A DNA stretch of 64,000 nucleotides from Octopus vulgaris (Eukaryota). Every line of letters starts with the position of its first letter. Within the stretch, counting starts at the first letter, position 1. Below are positions 1-14,146 of this stretch, piece by piece. The notes below the pieces were generated by a model, which was not told where the DNA came from, did no database searches, and worked only from the letters and a program-made list of their open reading frames with translations. The stretch is taken from assembly GCA_951406725.2 (NCBI GenBank), contig OX597833.1, positions 26,288,001 through 26,352,000 on the forward strand, written 5' to 3'. Both the position numbers and the translations under genes were made by a program.

Positions 1-1505
1 CTAAAATATTCTTCAAGCCGATGCTCCAGCGTGGCCACAGTCTAATGACTGAAACAAGTAAACAAAAATGTAAAAGGAGACTATGTTGTGAACTTTGAAA
101 TGAGACGTAATATAGATACTGAAAGAAGAGGTGAGTGATTTTTCTGTAGCTGAGTAAATGGTTGTTAATTCAGAGCAGCCCCAAGAACGAATGAGATATA
201 TGAAAGGGTGCGAGAAAGGGGAGAAAGGGGCAGGAGCGAAGCGGAAAACAAAGTCAAGAATACATGAAGATGAGATTATGGGAGTTGTTCTTTATACATT
301 TAGCCGAATTCCAAACCAAATCTAACCGAGCAAACGTGTGATAAAAAGCTACAGTCACGGACATTCTACATTTCCGAGGAACTTGTCCAATGTGTCTTTC
401 CTTTTCTTAAGATGGTAGGGTTCATTTGAAGGAGACAACTACAATTTCTAGGTGTTTGGGATATGTGTTGGATAAAGCGCGTGTCAGCAACAGTTCATAG
501 GTTTTATAGTAAGTTCGAAAAGCATTTTGTGTTCAACCGAATGAATTAACCCCGTTTTCTTTTAAGCACTTATTAAGTACTTATTTTATCGATCACTTTT
601 GCTGAATCTCTAGATTACGGTGATAAAGTAACTCTACTGGAAATCCGGACATCGATCCTGGTACCTCTCGCATGCAGCGTTCTACCATCTGCGCTAATTC
701 CATATTTATATATATGTGTGTGTATGTGTGTGTGTGTGCATCTCTTTCTCTCTATACACACGCACATACATACATACATACATACATACATACATACATA
801 CATACGTACGTACGTACGTACATACATACATACATACATACATACATACATACAGAATCAGACAAGCAGCCAGACAGATAAAGAATGAGCAGCAAAGCAA
901 TTTGGTTGGTTATGAATATCAACAACAAGGCTTAACAAAAATATCTCAGAGGAGGAGCGCTCTGCACGCCAAATAAACATGCGCCAACGTTTCATATCTG
1001 TAATATAAGGAGTTGAAAAAAATTCGATTAACTGAGATTATCCATTCCAAAGCATTTCCTGGCCTTGAAATTTTATCATTGCCTTCGATCAATAATAGAT
1101 ATACGCAGATATTATTCATTGGTGGCTCAGCAAATTGGAACTCTCTAGTGACACAATACGAACTCTGCATTATTTTGATTACAATGTGCTTCAGAGCTGC
1201 AATACGACTTTCATTGTGTCATTGATAATGTAGTTCCGGAGCTAATAATGTTTTACTGATCTCATAACGTTATCTTTTGCATATTAATAATACTCGTTTA
1301 TAATGCTGTAGGTATTTGCATTGTTGTGCTCTTATTTTATTTAGAGTGGGGCGGGGAAGCAGAGAAAAACACATTTGCTGCGTTTTTGTCGAGCCATTTT
1401 GTTTTATTCTGACTATATTTTATGTCATGGTAATAGCGAATAAATAATTCATATGGGAATTGCTTTAGTATCACTGCGTATCTATATGTGGAGATGGTTA
1501 TACGT

Positions 1506-1603
<98 letters not shown>

Positions 1604-2563
1604 CTGTGTGTGTGTGTGTGCGTGTATATGGGTGTGTGTATGCGTGTGTATGTAGGAAGGCAGGTATATAAATATGTATACACATATATATATACACACA
1701 TATATGAATATATGTATATATATACATATAAACACACACACATATATATATATATACACTCATGTATACGTATGTATATGCATGGATAAGTATATATACT
1801 TACAGATAGTTATATGCAAAAACGCACGCATGTACACAAATATCTGTGCGTGAGAAATAATGAGAGAGGAGAGAGAGAGCGTCTGTATTGGTGTGTGGTG
1901 TGTAAGGATGCGGTAAAAAGATGGACAGTTTTAACGTATTTGTGATTACAGACCAATCACACCATTAGTGCACTGTCAGATGAGAAAAAAAAATGATTTT
2001 AATTCCAGATGATTCTATATTGATCTCCTTTTATGCTGCGCTACCGGAAAAGATTGTTAAGAGTATGAGAATAAAAAGACTTTTGTCTCAGACTTCGTCG
2101 TCTCTAAATTCGTTGCTACACTTTCACACTTCGACAAATACACTCACACGAACATGCACATGCGCACACAGACCGTATGTATGTATGTATGTATGTATGT
2201 ATGTATGTATACATGTATACATATATATATATACATATATATATATATACACACACATGTATATACTTATATATATATATATATGTGTGTGTATATTTAT
2301 ATATGTATATATATATATATACACACGTATACATGTGTATACATATATATATGCGTGTATAAATATAAATATATACACACATGCACACACGCACGCACAC
2401 GCACACTCACACACACAGACACACACACATACATATAGAGAGTGACAGGAGAGAGATTTTGAAAGATAGAGAGATTAGTCTGTATGTGCGCTTAAGTGTA
2501 AGCGTATCGATCAAATGTGTGTGTGTGTGTGTATATGTATATATGCATAAATATATATATATT

Positions 2564-2658
<95 letters not shown>

Positions 2659-2916
2659 ATAACGTCGTGGCATTCCATCGGTTACACTGGAACTGCCTTC
2701 TCGAAAAGTTAACGCGCAAGTGGCTGAGCACTCCACAGACACGTGTACACTTAACGATTGATTCTATGACCGCAAGTCCGCTTGCCCTAACCACTGGGCC
2801 ATTGCGCTTCCACATGCACACACACACACATATATACATACACACGTATGTATGTATGGATGGATATATATGCACATATATAAATATGTATGTATATACG
2901 CGCTTGCGTATATATA

Positions 2917-4125
2917 CAGGGTGCGTAAGGTATTTGAGTATACACCATTTTGGGGGCCATTGCTGCATTTTTGTTCACTCTGTATAATCTTTGTTTCAGA
3001 AAATAATAATGGCAGACACTCAGCTTACTCAAGAAATGAAGAGGTATGCTGTTATTGTGGTTATAAATGCTGAGTATAGCGAATTAGAAATATCTCGATT
3101 TTTAGAAGTTGTCATATCTTATGTTTGCAAGGTTTGTAAGGAGCTAGAGACTGAAGACGGAAGCGTATCGCCAGTATCAAAGCATAACATGCATTCTAAA
3201 TGCTTTGAAAGTATCAGAACACCTGAATTTATCCAACAGCTTCAACAGACCATTGATTACAATCCCAGAAAGTCTATGAGGTCAATTGCAAAAGATCTCC
3301 ATGTATCAGAAGCAACAGTCAGAAATGTTTTCCACGAAGACATCGGATATAAGTCTTATATGATGAGGAAATGTCACTCTGTCAGAAAGAAAAAAACAAT
3401 CATTACATCAGTTCTAAAAGGCTCTTAAACAAACTGAAGATTTGATTTGTTTTTTCTCAAACCAGAAAAACTTTGACCAACATCAAAAAGTTAATAGAAG
3501 AAATGACAGATGGTTATGAGCAGGCCCTTCTGAAGTTCCAAGTGTTATACATAAAAAAAATTCCTGCAATTTTCATGGTTTTAGGGGTTGTCAGCAATGA
3601 AAGACATGTGATGCCTCCTTAGTTCTTTCCAGAAGGACTTAGACTTAACTTTGCCTTCTATACTGAGGTCCTGGAAATAATTGTTAAGCCTTGTAGAGAC
3701 AGTGTATGCAATGGAAAGCCATATGTGTTTCAGTAAGACTCTTCACTCTTACACATTGCTACAGTAACACAGGAATGGATGGCTGAAAATTTTCATGATC
3801 ACATAATCCCTAAAATTTGGCCTCTTACATTTCGACTATTAAATGTGGAGCGTTGTTGAGAGAGAGGTCAATGAACATGCCCAAAGATTCTTTGAAAGCT
3901 GCCATAGTTATGCCCAAAATGAACCGGGACCATTTGATTCGAGCATGTAGATGATTTAGATCTCATATAGAAGCAGTTGTTGAAGCTGAAGGTGGCTTTA
4001 TTGAATAACATTATAGAAAAGATTATTTTTATCCTCATAGAATTCTTTGATAAAGTCATTTTCTGTTATTATATATGGTTTTTTTTATAAACGTAAATCT
4101 GTCCTCAAATATCTTACGCATCCTG
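2917..4125 (+). mobile_element. Tc1/mariner-superfamily DNA transposon, probably maT (DD37D) type, full length (~1.2 kb), decayed
   Basis: TIRs cagggtgcgtaaggtatttgag (2917) / ctcaaatatcttacgcatcctg (to 4125), flanked by TA on both sides; internal transposase remnant. Confidence 0.9.
3009..4008 (+). pseudogene. Transposase pseudogene (HTH + DDD domain) of the maT-like element
   Basis: MADTQL...PRKSMRSIAKDLHVSEATVR (HTH). Across frameshifts/stops: KNFDQHQKVNRRNDRW, FPAIFMVLGVVSNE, KPYVFQ*DS, QEWMAENFHDHIIPKIWP. Confidence 0.85.
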
Positions 4126-4392
4126 TACATACATATGCAGATACATACATATATATATGTATATGTATATACATACACACACATACACACATACGCACAC
4201 ACTCACACATACACACACACATACATATACATATATATAGGTTCTTTTATTCTTTTATTCTTTTACTTGTTTCAGTCATTTGAATGAAGACATGCTGGAG
4301 AACCGCCTTTAGTCGAACAAATCGATTCCAGGACTTTTTATTTGTAAGCCTAGTACTTATTCTATCCGTCTCTTATGCATATATATATAGAG

Positions 4393-4441
<49 letters not shown>

Positions 4442-4607
4442 TAGATAGATAGATATAGATAGATAGATATATAGATAGATACATACATACATACATTTAT
4501 ATGTATATATATATATATATATGTGCATATGTATATTTATAAACTTGCCTTCCTACATACACACACACGCACATATGCTTGTGTGTGTGCGCAAGCTTGT
4601 GTGTTTG

Positions 4608-4655
<48 letters not shown>

Positions 4656-4704
4656 TCTATATATGCATATATACAATACACACACACACACACACGCACA
4701 CACG

Positions 4705-4754
<50 letters not shown>

Positions 4755-6243
4755 TTGAGACATGGCTTCACTGTGTCGCCAACTGTCGGGTTCTAGTTTC
4801 TTGTGTTCCTGGAAAGTTATTGATGGCAACCAAAAGACTATCTATAAACGGGAAAGTTACTGGAGGCAATGCATTGAAGTTTTTGTCAGTTACCAATGAA
4901 TGCATAACGAATGCGTGAATAAACTATTCGTCGCTCACTGGGTAGTGTTCTATTTCATTATGCCTGGAAAGACATGGGTGACGTACATATTTTTGTATAT
5001 TTGTGTGTATGCACATGTGTTCACAGATAAATAGATACATAGATGATAGGCAAAAAGAGTGAAAGAAAGAGAGAAAGAAATATGGAAAGAAAGAAAAAAT
5101 TGATAGATTAATAGAGACATACGCACATACGTGGATGTATATATATTCATTTGTAAGACAAGTTGTATTCAGTTTCATTTAGTCTTACTTATTCTGTTAG
5201 AAGTTTGTTACGCTCGCTGATTGCTGCTAACAATATTGGATGGATTGATATTATTCATTGGTTTTGGAATGGTGATCCGTTACAACAGTAAAATTTCAAT
5301 CTGATGTTCGAGATTCACCACCAACGCACATGAATTCATTAGCTCCGAACAGTTGCCAATCATCCTTGAGCAGAGTGCTTTTGGTGTATATCTGAATAAT
5401 GACGTCCTGTCTTACGGTGAGTCTCGGAAATACTTACATAGTTAGAAATGGAACACCTTTGGCAAATGTCTGTGTAATAAGAACTGAGCTAAAGTTTTTA
5501 AAATATATTAAAAGTTTGGATTTGTTAAATTTTTAGTCCTACAAAATTTAAACCTGAAACGAAGATGGAATTTTTGTTTAGATCCAGTATTCTTGTAACC
5601 ATGTTTTATTTTTCAGACAGAAGTATAGTGTAAGGTACAATTTGACGATTTAATGAAGATATGGTTTCTAATTCTGGCCAGACTATATCGCTGATTTACA
5701 TAGAAGCAGTTTTCCGAATATAAATCTTCGACCATATATGTCTACTAAATAAGGGATGATCTAATGCTAAACAACTACTGTAAGAACTACAGCCAAAGAA
5801 GCAACACTACTATTTTCACTGTCCTGCATGTTTCAGCTTTCTCTTCAATCAATTTTTTTCTCATAGATCCCACACAAAAATCATGTGTTCATCATTTTCC
5901 TACAATTGTGGGTAATTTGTTCAGTCTTATGTTGCTTAATGACAAGACAAACTCAGCACGATATCTCATTTAAAGATTCATCTTTTCGTTTCTACAACTG
6001 AATTCCTCTGGCAGTCCTTATAAATGATACGGTCTGTGATTTATTTATCAATATTGTCGAACAGAAGTTGAAGCTTAACCATCGCTTGTATCGATGACTT
6101 TCGTCGCAATTAAGTTCTTCGGATAGAATATCACAATTTAATATAAATTTAATGCAAATTTAATATAAGTAACACGATAAGAGAAAGATATGATATAAGC
6201 CAATACCAATAAGGGATAATTTACAATTCTAATATCGTAATTC

Positions 6244-6347
<104 letters not shown>

Positions 6348-7321
6348 ATTTTTATGTATGTATGAATGTTTGTATATATGTATGTATACATATAAAGCAT
6401 ACATACATATATACAATCATACATCACTATATGGACTTGTATACAGTATGTTTTTATACAACACTGGTCACAATGCGCTTTACTTATAGTTGTCGTATTC
6501 CAATGATACCAACCCATTGGTTAAAAGGGAAGCCTGAAATTCTCACTGAACGGAGCACAAATCTGTTGCAGAGTTACCCAGTTGCAGTTGTTTGGTTGGA
6601 TGCAAACTTGAGATTTTGATCAAGAACCCAGCGCACAGCCGGTCTGGGAATCGAAACTAAGATCTTGTGATAGTGAGAGAGTGCAGCACCCTCACGACTA
6701 GGTCACGAGCCTTCAAATACCACACACACGCGCGCGCACACACACACTCACACATATATACAATGAGTTTGCATTAATCAAATCCACTCACAAGGTTTTT
6801 TCGACCCGTGGGTATAGAAGATAATTATTTTAGTGCCATACAGTGGGACTGAACCCGAAGTCATGTGATTGGGAATCTCACACAGCCACACCTGCACGCA
6901 AAAATATAAAAGTTTTTCCTGAACTTCTAGCGTCGACCCAAATGCAACATCCTTAGTGATTAGATTAAGATAAATTTGTTTGAGTCGCATTTAATTAAAC
7001 GACCACGAATGATAAGAAAGGAAGTCGGCCACGACAACATTTGAACCGAGGAAGTTAGTATCAAACAAGGAATATTTTTTATCTAAGACAAACTGATTAA
7101 ATATTCACAAGCAAACACGTATCAGTATGGTTTATCCCTTTCGGAAGGGCACCACATATTCCTTCTGTTTTTTTTTGTATTTATTCAGTTGTCAAATTAC
7201 TGGAATGTGATCCAGAAATGCGCACTGACACACACTCACAAGTACACGAACACATACATGTGTGTGTGTGTGTGTGTGTGTATGTATATGTATAAATAGA
7301 TAGACAGACAAACAGACAGAC

Positions 7322-7433
<112 letters not shown>

Positions 7434-7805
7434 GCAGACAGATAGCTATGGTTGTATATGTTCTCGTTCATTTTTACCGCATTTGAAGTCCTCTTATAAG
7501 ACATCAGAATGTTTTTAACAAAGATACAATTGTCTGTCGTAATTTAGATAGCAAAGTAATTTTGCACTAGAGAAATATCTACTAGTCATAAGTATTGCAC
7601 GTAGTTGTGTGAGCGCTCAAGTGATAACATGAGAATGCTCGAGATTTTTAGAACAAATCAAACAGCTAACACCTGAGGTTCTTAACTGGACAACAAATTT
7701 AACATTAAACTGAACGGTAATTCAGTTAAAAGTCTGTCTGTATGTATATATATATATATACACACATATATGCATGCATACATACATAAAGACAAAATAT
7801 ATTAC

Positions 7806-7838
<33 letters not shown>

Positions 7839-7927
7839 GGAAAAATTTTTTTAAAAATGCAGAATGCTCAAATGAAATAAAATTTTAATAAAATGAGAAA
7901 ATGATAAAATATATAAATATATATATT

Positions 7928-7968
7928 TATTCAACCGGTTTTCGTCAATGTATGACTTGTCAAGAATA
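7928..7968 (-). ncRNA. Minimal type I hammerhead ribozyme-like motif, U3-A8 core variant
   Basis: Minus strand: tattc TTGACAA gtca-tacat-tgac GAAA accggtt gaata; 5-bp stem I, 4-bp stem II, palindromic stem III; one extra A in the GAAA run. Confidence 0.65.
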
Positions 7969-8605
7969 TTTATTTTTTAAGAAGTTTTTTTGAAAATTAG
8001 AAAGGGGAAAAAAAGAAAATTGCAATGTTTTTTGTAAAAGAATGATGATAAAAATGTACAAAAATTAAAAAATAAGTTCTCCGATACATTGTGAGTTCGT
8101 TGTGTATCTTGAGTTTTATGGTTGTTTACCAAAAAGTTACCTTGAGGTGTTAAGATCCAAAGGGATTAAGAGCATGTGATGTGTTGTGTTGTTGAATACA
8201 GCATGTTGCAGGACAGGAAGTAGTAGTAATTGTGGTCCTGGTTCTTCAGTTCCTGTGTTGTGAGTAAGGGGAGAAAACTCTTTTGAGTTCTTCAATAAAA
8301 CCCAAATTATAAAACTATCATTTTAGCTTCATTTGCATTATCTTTTTTATATATAATTGCTTGTTAACTTAACTTTCAGATTTTAACACTTTATTTATAT
8401 TATTTTCTAATAATATAAAACTGCATAGACAATTGCATTTCAAATTGTCATATCATTTATAATAAAAATGATAGTAGTAACAACAACAATAGTGAAAATG
8501 ATATTTAAAGAATATAAGTTTTAGCTTGAAGTGGTGAATGCATGGTATCTTTATATATTTGTGTTAGTCCATCCATGAAGAGTGAGGTAGAGAAAGGAAG
8601 TTTGA

Positions 8606-9004
8606 TCAACGAGGAGTTTGCATATTAAGTTGTGTTTGGAATTTTTCAATAAAGAGATTCTCCTTGTTAATTCTCTCCTGTGTGGTGATCCCGTCTTTAC
8701 ATTGGTAGAAGGGGAATATATAGAATTTGGGGTTTAAGTCTTTGGCACATGAGTCTAAGTGGTCACTCAGTGGAATTTGTCGGTATTCCGGGAGATTTAT
8801 TTGTTCTTTATGCACCGTTACTCGTTTACGTAACGGGAGACTCGTTTGTCCCACATAATTATGTTGGCAACCAGCGCATGTGAGAACGTAGATAAGGTTC
8901 TCGGAGGAACAGGAGAAGTTAGTCTTGATTTTAAACTTCGTACCTTGTTTGAAGGTAAATTCAGAGCCTTCAAGTAGAAAGGGGCAGGTACCACAGTTTG
9001 AGCG
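8606..9004 (-). pseudogene. GIY-YIG endonuclease domain of a PLE (open frame, 5' truncated)
   Basis: CGTC...FSCSSENLIYVLTCAGCQHNYVGQTSLPLRKRVTVH...LSDHLDSC...KENLFIEKFQTQLN. The N-terminal part of the listed ORF is microsatellite. Confidence 0.85.
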
Positions 9005-9184
9005 TATATATATATATATATATATACATACATACATACATACATACATGCATGCATACATGCATGCATACATACATACATACATACATACATACATACA
9101 TACATACATACATACATACACATAAATACATACATACATTCACATACAGACATACATAAAGACAAAATATTATATTACGTATGC

Positions 9185-9237
<53 letters not shown>

Positions 9238-9897
9238 TGAATTACGATATTAAAAGTTTGATATATATAAGATACTGCAAAATAAATTTATATTGACAAT
9301 ATTATCGATATTGGATTTTCAATTTTAAGTAGGTGTGAATTTTTCACACGATTTCTTCATTTAACTTTTCGTATTAACTTTTCATATCATTATTCTACTT
9401 TTTGTGTGTGTGTTGGGAGAGAGGAATGGAATTATATAGAAGTACTTTTTTCCAAAAAAAAAAAAAATATTATCTAATAAATATTTAGAGTGAGATTGAT
9501 CTAGAAAATATTGATTGTATAAATATTACCATATGGTGAAAACTTTGGAGAAAGACATAGATATATAATCGATTCAATGTAATGACTCCAACACTTGTTT
9601 ATATTTTAATAAACTCATGAGGAATAGAAATGCTTAGCTGCATCGCAAAACTCTGCGTTGGTTCTAACTGAACTATGTAGACACACAATTACTACTACAC
9701 CACGGCTGGCATTTGAACATCCAAAGTAAGAAGAATCACTCTGCAGGAAATTGTAACTTCCTATCCCTGAAATCAAATCCAACCGTTTTGGAAAAAGCGT
9801 AAGTACAAGCACCCAAGGCTAGAAAGCAATCTAACTACTAATATTGGCAGAATGTTACACGGGTGCACGCACATACACACACACACACACACACATG

Positions 9898-11215
9898 CAA
9901 GGGTAGGCTGCGAGATTCATAGTGTGACTATGAGGGAGTGACGCTAGAGCTGTGAAATCTTGCATACATCTCGAATTGTTTTTATGAATGCATTCTCTCC
10001 TGATGACCCCATACACTTGCTGGCTTCCGATAAGCGGAGTTCTCAACTGGTCACACTTGCTCGTGCAAGTTGTTTGCAAGACATCAGTTCTGATAAACTG
10101 ACATCTGATTGTTCAAAGAAGTAATTACTGCAGAAGTAATTAGTAGCAACCTTTCATGAAAATGGACAAAATTTGACATCATGGTACTATTCAGAACCAG
10201 CAGAAAAAGAGCTTAGCCCCCAACAACTTTCATACTGACATGCTTGCTGCATTAGTGGATGATGCTCCATCATTATCAACAGTGCAAAAGAAATTAGAAA
10301 GGAAAGGTTAGAGTCTGGAAGGTAAACCTAGATCTGGAAGTCCTGCAACTGCCATCACCGAGGAAAACATTGATTGTGTTCACCGCAAGCTGATAGATGA
10401 CAGGTGTTTGACTATGAATCAAATAGCCAATGCTATTAGCATATTCTGAGAGATTTGTGAACTTAGCATGACGAACGTTATTGCTCGGTGGATGCTACGA
10501 CTACTGATACCCAATTAAAAGTGCACCTGGCTGATCATAACATTTTAAAACATTTGAGGCAAATCCAGTTGGTTTCCTTGAATATTCACTAACCTAGGAT
10601 AAGTGTTGGGTTCATCATACTGGGCTGAAGACAAAGAGACAATCCATACAGGGGAAACACCCCCTCCTCGCCTGCTCTAAAGAGGGCCAAGGTCGTTTCA
10701 TCCACAGGGAAGATATTGGTCAGTTTCTAATGATGCAAATCAGTTTCAAAAGGGTTACTACATCGATGGAAGGTACTATGCTAGATTGCTGAAGCAGTTA
10801 CAACAGACTCTCGTGACCAAACGCCCAAGGAAACTGATGAAATGGTTATCGTTTCATCAAAACAATTCTCTAATACAAGATTTCTTGGTTTCAATGGTAG
10901 CTGCGCGTGACTACATTTGATCTGGTTGATTACCGTCCATATCCTCCTAATATGGCCTTGACTGAGTATCGTCTGTTCTCCAACATAAAAAAATACTTGG
11001 GTGGAAACCAATACCGCAGTGATGATGACGTCATATCTGCTTTTGATGATGTACTTTTTTGGCCACAGGCCGAAAATTTATTTGCCAATAGGATCCAAAC
11101 ACTGCAACACCGATGGAAGAAGTATGTGAAAGGGCCTATGTTGAAAAGTAAGCATTATTTGGTCACAATCTGTGAGAGTGATTTTGTCATTTATGAACTT
11201 TTCAGCCCATCCTCA
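9898..11215 (+). mobile_element. Mariner (DD34D-like) transposon, full length but heavily decayed
   Basis: Degenerate TIRs caagggtaggctgcgagattcata / tatgaacttttcagcccatcctca; remnants PRSGSPATAITEENI, VIARWMLRLL, YRPYPPNMALTEYRLFSNIKKYLGG (decayed HPPYSPDLAP motif). Confidence 0.85.
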
Positions 11216-11228
11216 CGCATGGATATAT

Positions 11229-11295
<67 letters not shown>

Positions 11296-11312
11296 TATGT
11301 ATATACATATAT

Positions 11313-12830
11313 ATTAGATAATAAAACAAATGGTTTATAGCTGGTAGCATTATCACTTTCAAAGTGTTCCTTATGTATCTGGTTAATGAGAAACGGAAGA
11401 TGGAAGATACGAGAATTTTTATTAATGGCAATTGTTTCGACACATCTAGCATCGATAACTCACGGGTTGAATACTTAATAACTGATTCAGAAGCACCCGA
11501 CGTTGCAGATGTATCGCATCGGGTAATAAATAGATATAACTCATTAAAATAACAGTTCTGTAATATATCTTCTCAATTCGTATAAAAAGAACCAGCAAAT
11601 TAAAGGATTTAGCTTCATTTATATAGAAGATCGATAATAAAATGACAGATGCAAAAAAGAAACGAACATACAATACAGCGAAACAAGTATTAAACATAAC
11701 CGCTGACGGATATGAAAGTATAAACGCCCCCACGAAGGTTGTATGGAGCATGTAATAGTAGTAGGCATCCGTCTTTCTCGAGAGACCGTAGATCTGAGCC
11801 CGAAGAAATCGTGTCAGCTGCTGATGGCGGAGCAGCGTCTGTTGTAACTGTATAGGCCTACACGTTAGTGGCAGCCACGCAAAAAGTGATTGCATTGGAA
11901 GGAGGTCTCTGCCGGCGCTACAGGGTTTTCCTTCCGATTTTTCTTTGGTGGCGAATTCCTATTTTTCTTCCGCTCACCTCATCCCATTTCGCGGTATTTG
12001 TCTCCAGTGTGGGCGATCATTTACGATCCCCCCCCCCACATCTAAGGACTTTCAGATCAAATGACTTCATATCACTCTTACAGACGTCTTTGAAGTGAAG
12101 ATGAGGTCATGCTCGTGCTCTTGTGCCGATGGCCATTTGGGATCCTGCACTCGCTCATACAAGCATCCACGAAGATGTAAACGTAGGCACACGTGTGGTT
12201 TAGTGCACATGTGTTCACATGGCGAATTAGAGAACTACTTGGTATTTATAAGAATGGGGAGCTTAGAGCTAAATTTAATTCATCCATAAGTTAAGGTGAA
12301 TTATGTTAACAGTTACTCAAACTCGTCCCCATTGCATTGTGCAAAAGTGCATTTATATGCATTTCAGCATCTGGTCCACAGAATAGCTAGAGATTCCTCG
12401 GAACAAGGTCGGCATCTCCTGGAATTGGTATTATATATTGCATGCCTGACTTATGGACCAAGTTATGTTATACTTAATTCTATCTTCCATAAATCGCCAT
12501 ACACTTATTGATGACTGTCACTTATTGATTTTCTTGAAGTTGAGAACATCGTTGCGATAACGATTCTTTTTTGCATCTGTCATTTTATTATTGATCTTCT
12601 ATATAAATAAAAACTATACCCTTTAATCTGTTGCTTTTCTTTACTCGAACTGAGAAGATACATTGCGGAATTGTTATTTTAAAGACTTTAAAGAGATACA
12701 TCTGCACCGTCTGATGCTCCTGAAGAAGTTGCTAAGTGTTCAACACGTGAGGGATCAATGCTAAGTGGGTCGAAACAATTGTAGTATTTAACAAAATTTT
12801 CGTATTTTCCATCCCTCATTAACCATATAT
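11313..12830. mobile_element. Old PLE-derived element: diverged inverted arms (~11380-11662 / ~12564-12824) with degenerate hammerhead motifs and an RT thumb-like remnant
   Basis: Arms align as reverse complements (e.g. aaatgacagatgcaaaaaagaa vs ttcttttttgcatctgtcattt); plus-strand remnant 12240-12511 NYVNSYSNSSPLHCAKV...RIARDSSEQGRHLLEL...ILNSIFHK resembles a PLE thumb. Confidence 0.55.
11752..12145 (-). mobile_element. RTE-clade LINE 3' fragment nested in the element above
   Basis: Minus strand translates as AIGTRARA*PHLHFKDVCKSDMKSF...DRPHWRQ...FQCNHFLRGCH*RVGLYSYNRRC, typical of RTE C-termini; ends gacggatgcctactactattac. Confidence 0.8.
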
Positions 12831-13539
12831 GTATATATCGGGCACCCAAACTATGACTAAAACCGCATGAAAGAGACGAACTTCAGAAGGAAAAAAAATT
12901 GTGTCTGAGGCCAAACATACTCAGCTTGCAGGTGGCTCTGTCATGACGCATGCCTGCACATCATCATACAGGGCTCACCCATCCAGCCTTCCTGAGATCA
13001 CTGGTAAGTAGAACTCATCCTTTTCACATAAAGCGAAAGAACAGACTTTAAGGACAGTGGCTGAGTCAAAGTATAACTGTCAGGCGGCAAATTCTGTCGG
13101 AGACGATGCAGACATTTGCCAACACTGGTCAGCCTTTCAGAAATGCAAATACAACGACTTCCCAGAATTATCTGCCATCTCCTCGTATTCCTTGAAAATA
13201 GTATCGACATAGCTCTTTCATAGCCTGAACCCTCGTAGGGGTTTTACGTTCTGCAGAAAAGCTCCCGAGCCATTAAGGATAGAAATGAAGCTTAAGGACA
13301 ATCCTGATAGACCGAATGAGCGAGATAAAATAAGTTTTCAGAGATGGCCGTGCCCTGTTGCCAACTAACAAGTCACATAGGGAATTTATGCAATCGATTC
13401 TGTGAAAATGAGTGCAAAGCTATCACGTACTACCAAACAGCAATGATCCCTATCGAAAGCTTTGGACTGATTAATGTTGATCAAGACCCTACCAAAACAA
13501 GGTGGGTCCCCAACAGGCATGTAATCAAGAAGAACACGA

Positions 13540-13852
13540 CTTAGATGTTAGGTTGTTCGACACGCGATCGTAAGGTCCTGATTTCGATTTCTAGGGGCAC
13601 GGTGTTTCTTTGAGCAAGGTACTGTATTTCCCGTTGTTTCACTCCACTCATCTAGCAAAAATGAATATTACCTGTAATTCAAAGGACCAGACTTTTCACA
13701 TTTTGTGTAACCTTGAATCTCCATGATAACTACGCTAAGAGAACGCGTGTCTGTGGAGTGCTTAATCTTCGTTTCTAAGTTGACTTCACGAGCAGGCTGC
13801 ACTGCTGATCGGATAAACAGGAACCTTCACCGTGGTAACTGACGGAGTCTCA
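13540..13852 (+). mobile_element. Degenerate tRNA-derived SINE (family B variant)
   Basis: gttaggttgttcgacacgcgatcgtaagg...tttcgattt head; body similar to 62698-63000 and 59838-60127. Confidence 0.7.
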
Positions 13853-14093
13853 GTTATCCACTTGAGTATAGGTTGTCGTGGATGGAACAATGAGGCATCG
13901 CACACGATTGTGATTTCCCTAATAAACAACCGACGATAAACACTCTTCTCTTTGCTGACACGCTGAACACAATTTTGAACTCTGCATTAAGTAGGGTTAT
14001 GAACCAGAATAAAGATGATGATAATGAACATGGCAATCACCATAATCAAGCGTATGATGATGACAATGAGATCTCTATTGAATTATTATTACA

Positions 14094-14146
<53 letters not shown>

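Larger units (their letters stand above)
7839..9005 (-). mobile_element. 5'-truncated Penelope-like element (Neptune-like): C-terminal GIY-YIG endonuclease plus ~770-nt 3' UTR, inserted in (TA)n
   Basis: Endonuclease ORF fragment, AT-rich 3' UTR with a hammerhead-like motif near its end, (TA)n on both sides. Confidence 0.8.

Noticed and set aside
5616-5633. Possible 18-nt micro-exon
   Set aside because: Weak donor (gtacaa); such signals arise by chance in AT-rich DNA.
12505-12565. SECIS element after the putative Naiad-like thumb
   Set aside because: AUGA present but no convincing helix with GA quartet and apical AA; no conserved in-frame UGA demonstrable.
12932-13003. Possible 72-nt symmetric exon (cag|…|gtaagt)
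   Set aside because: Weak polypyrimidine tract, no partner exons, peptide unrecognisable.
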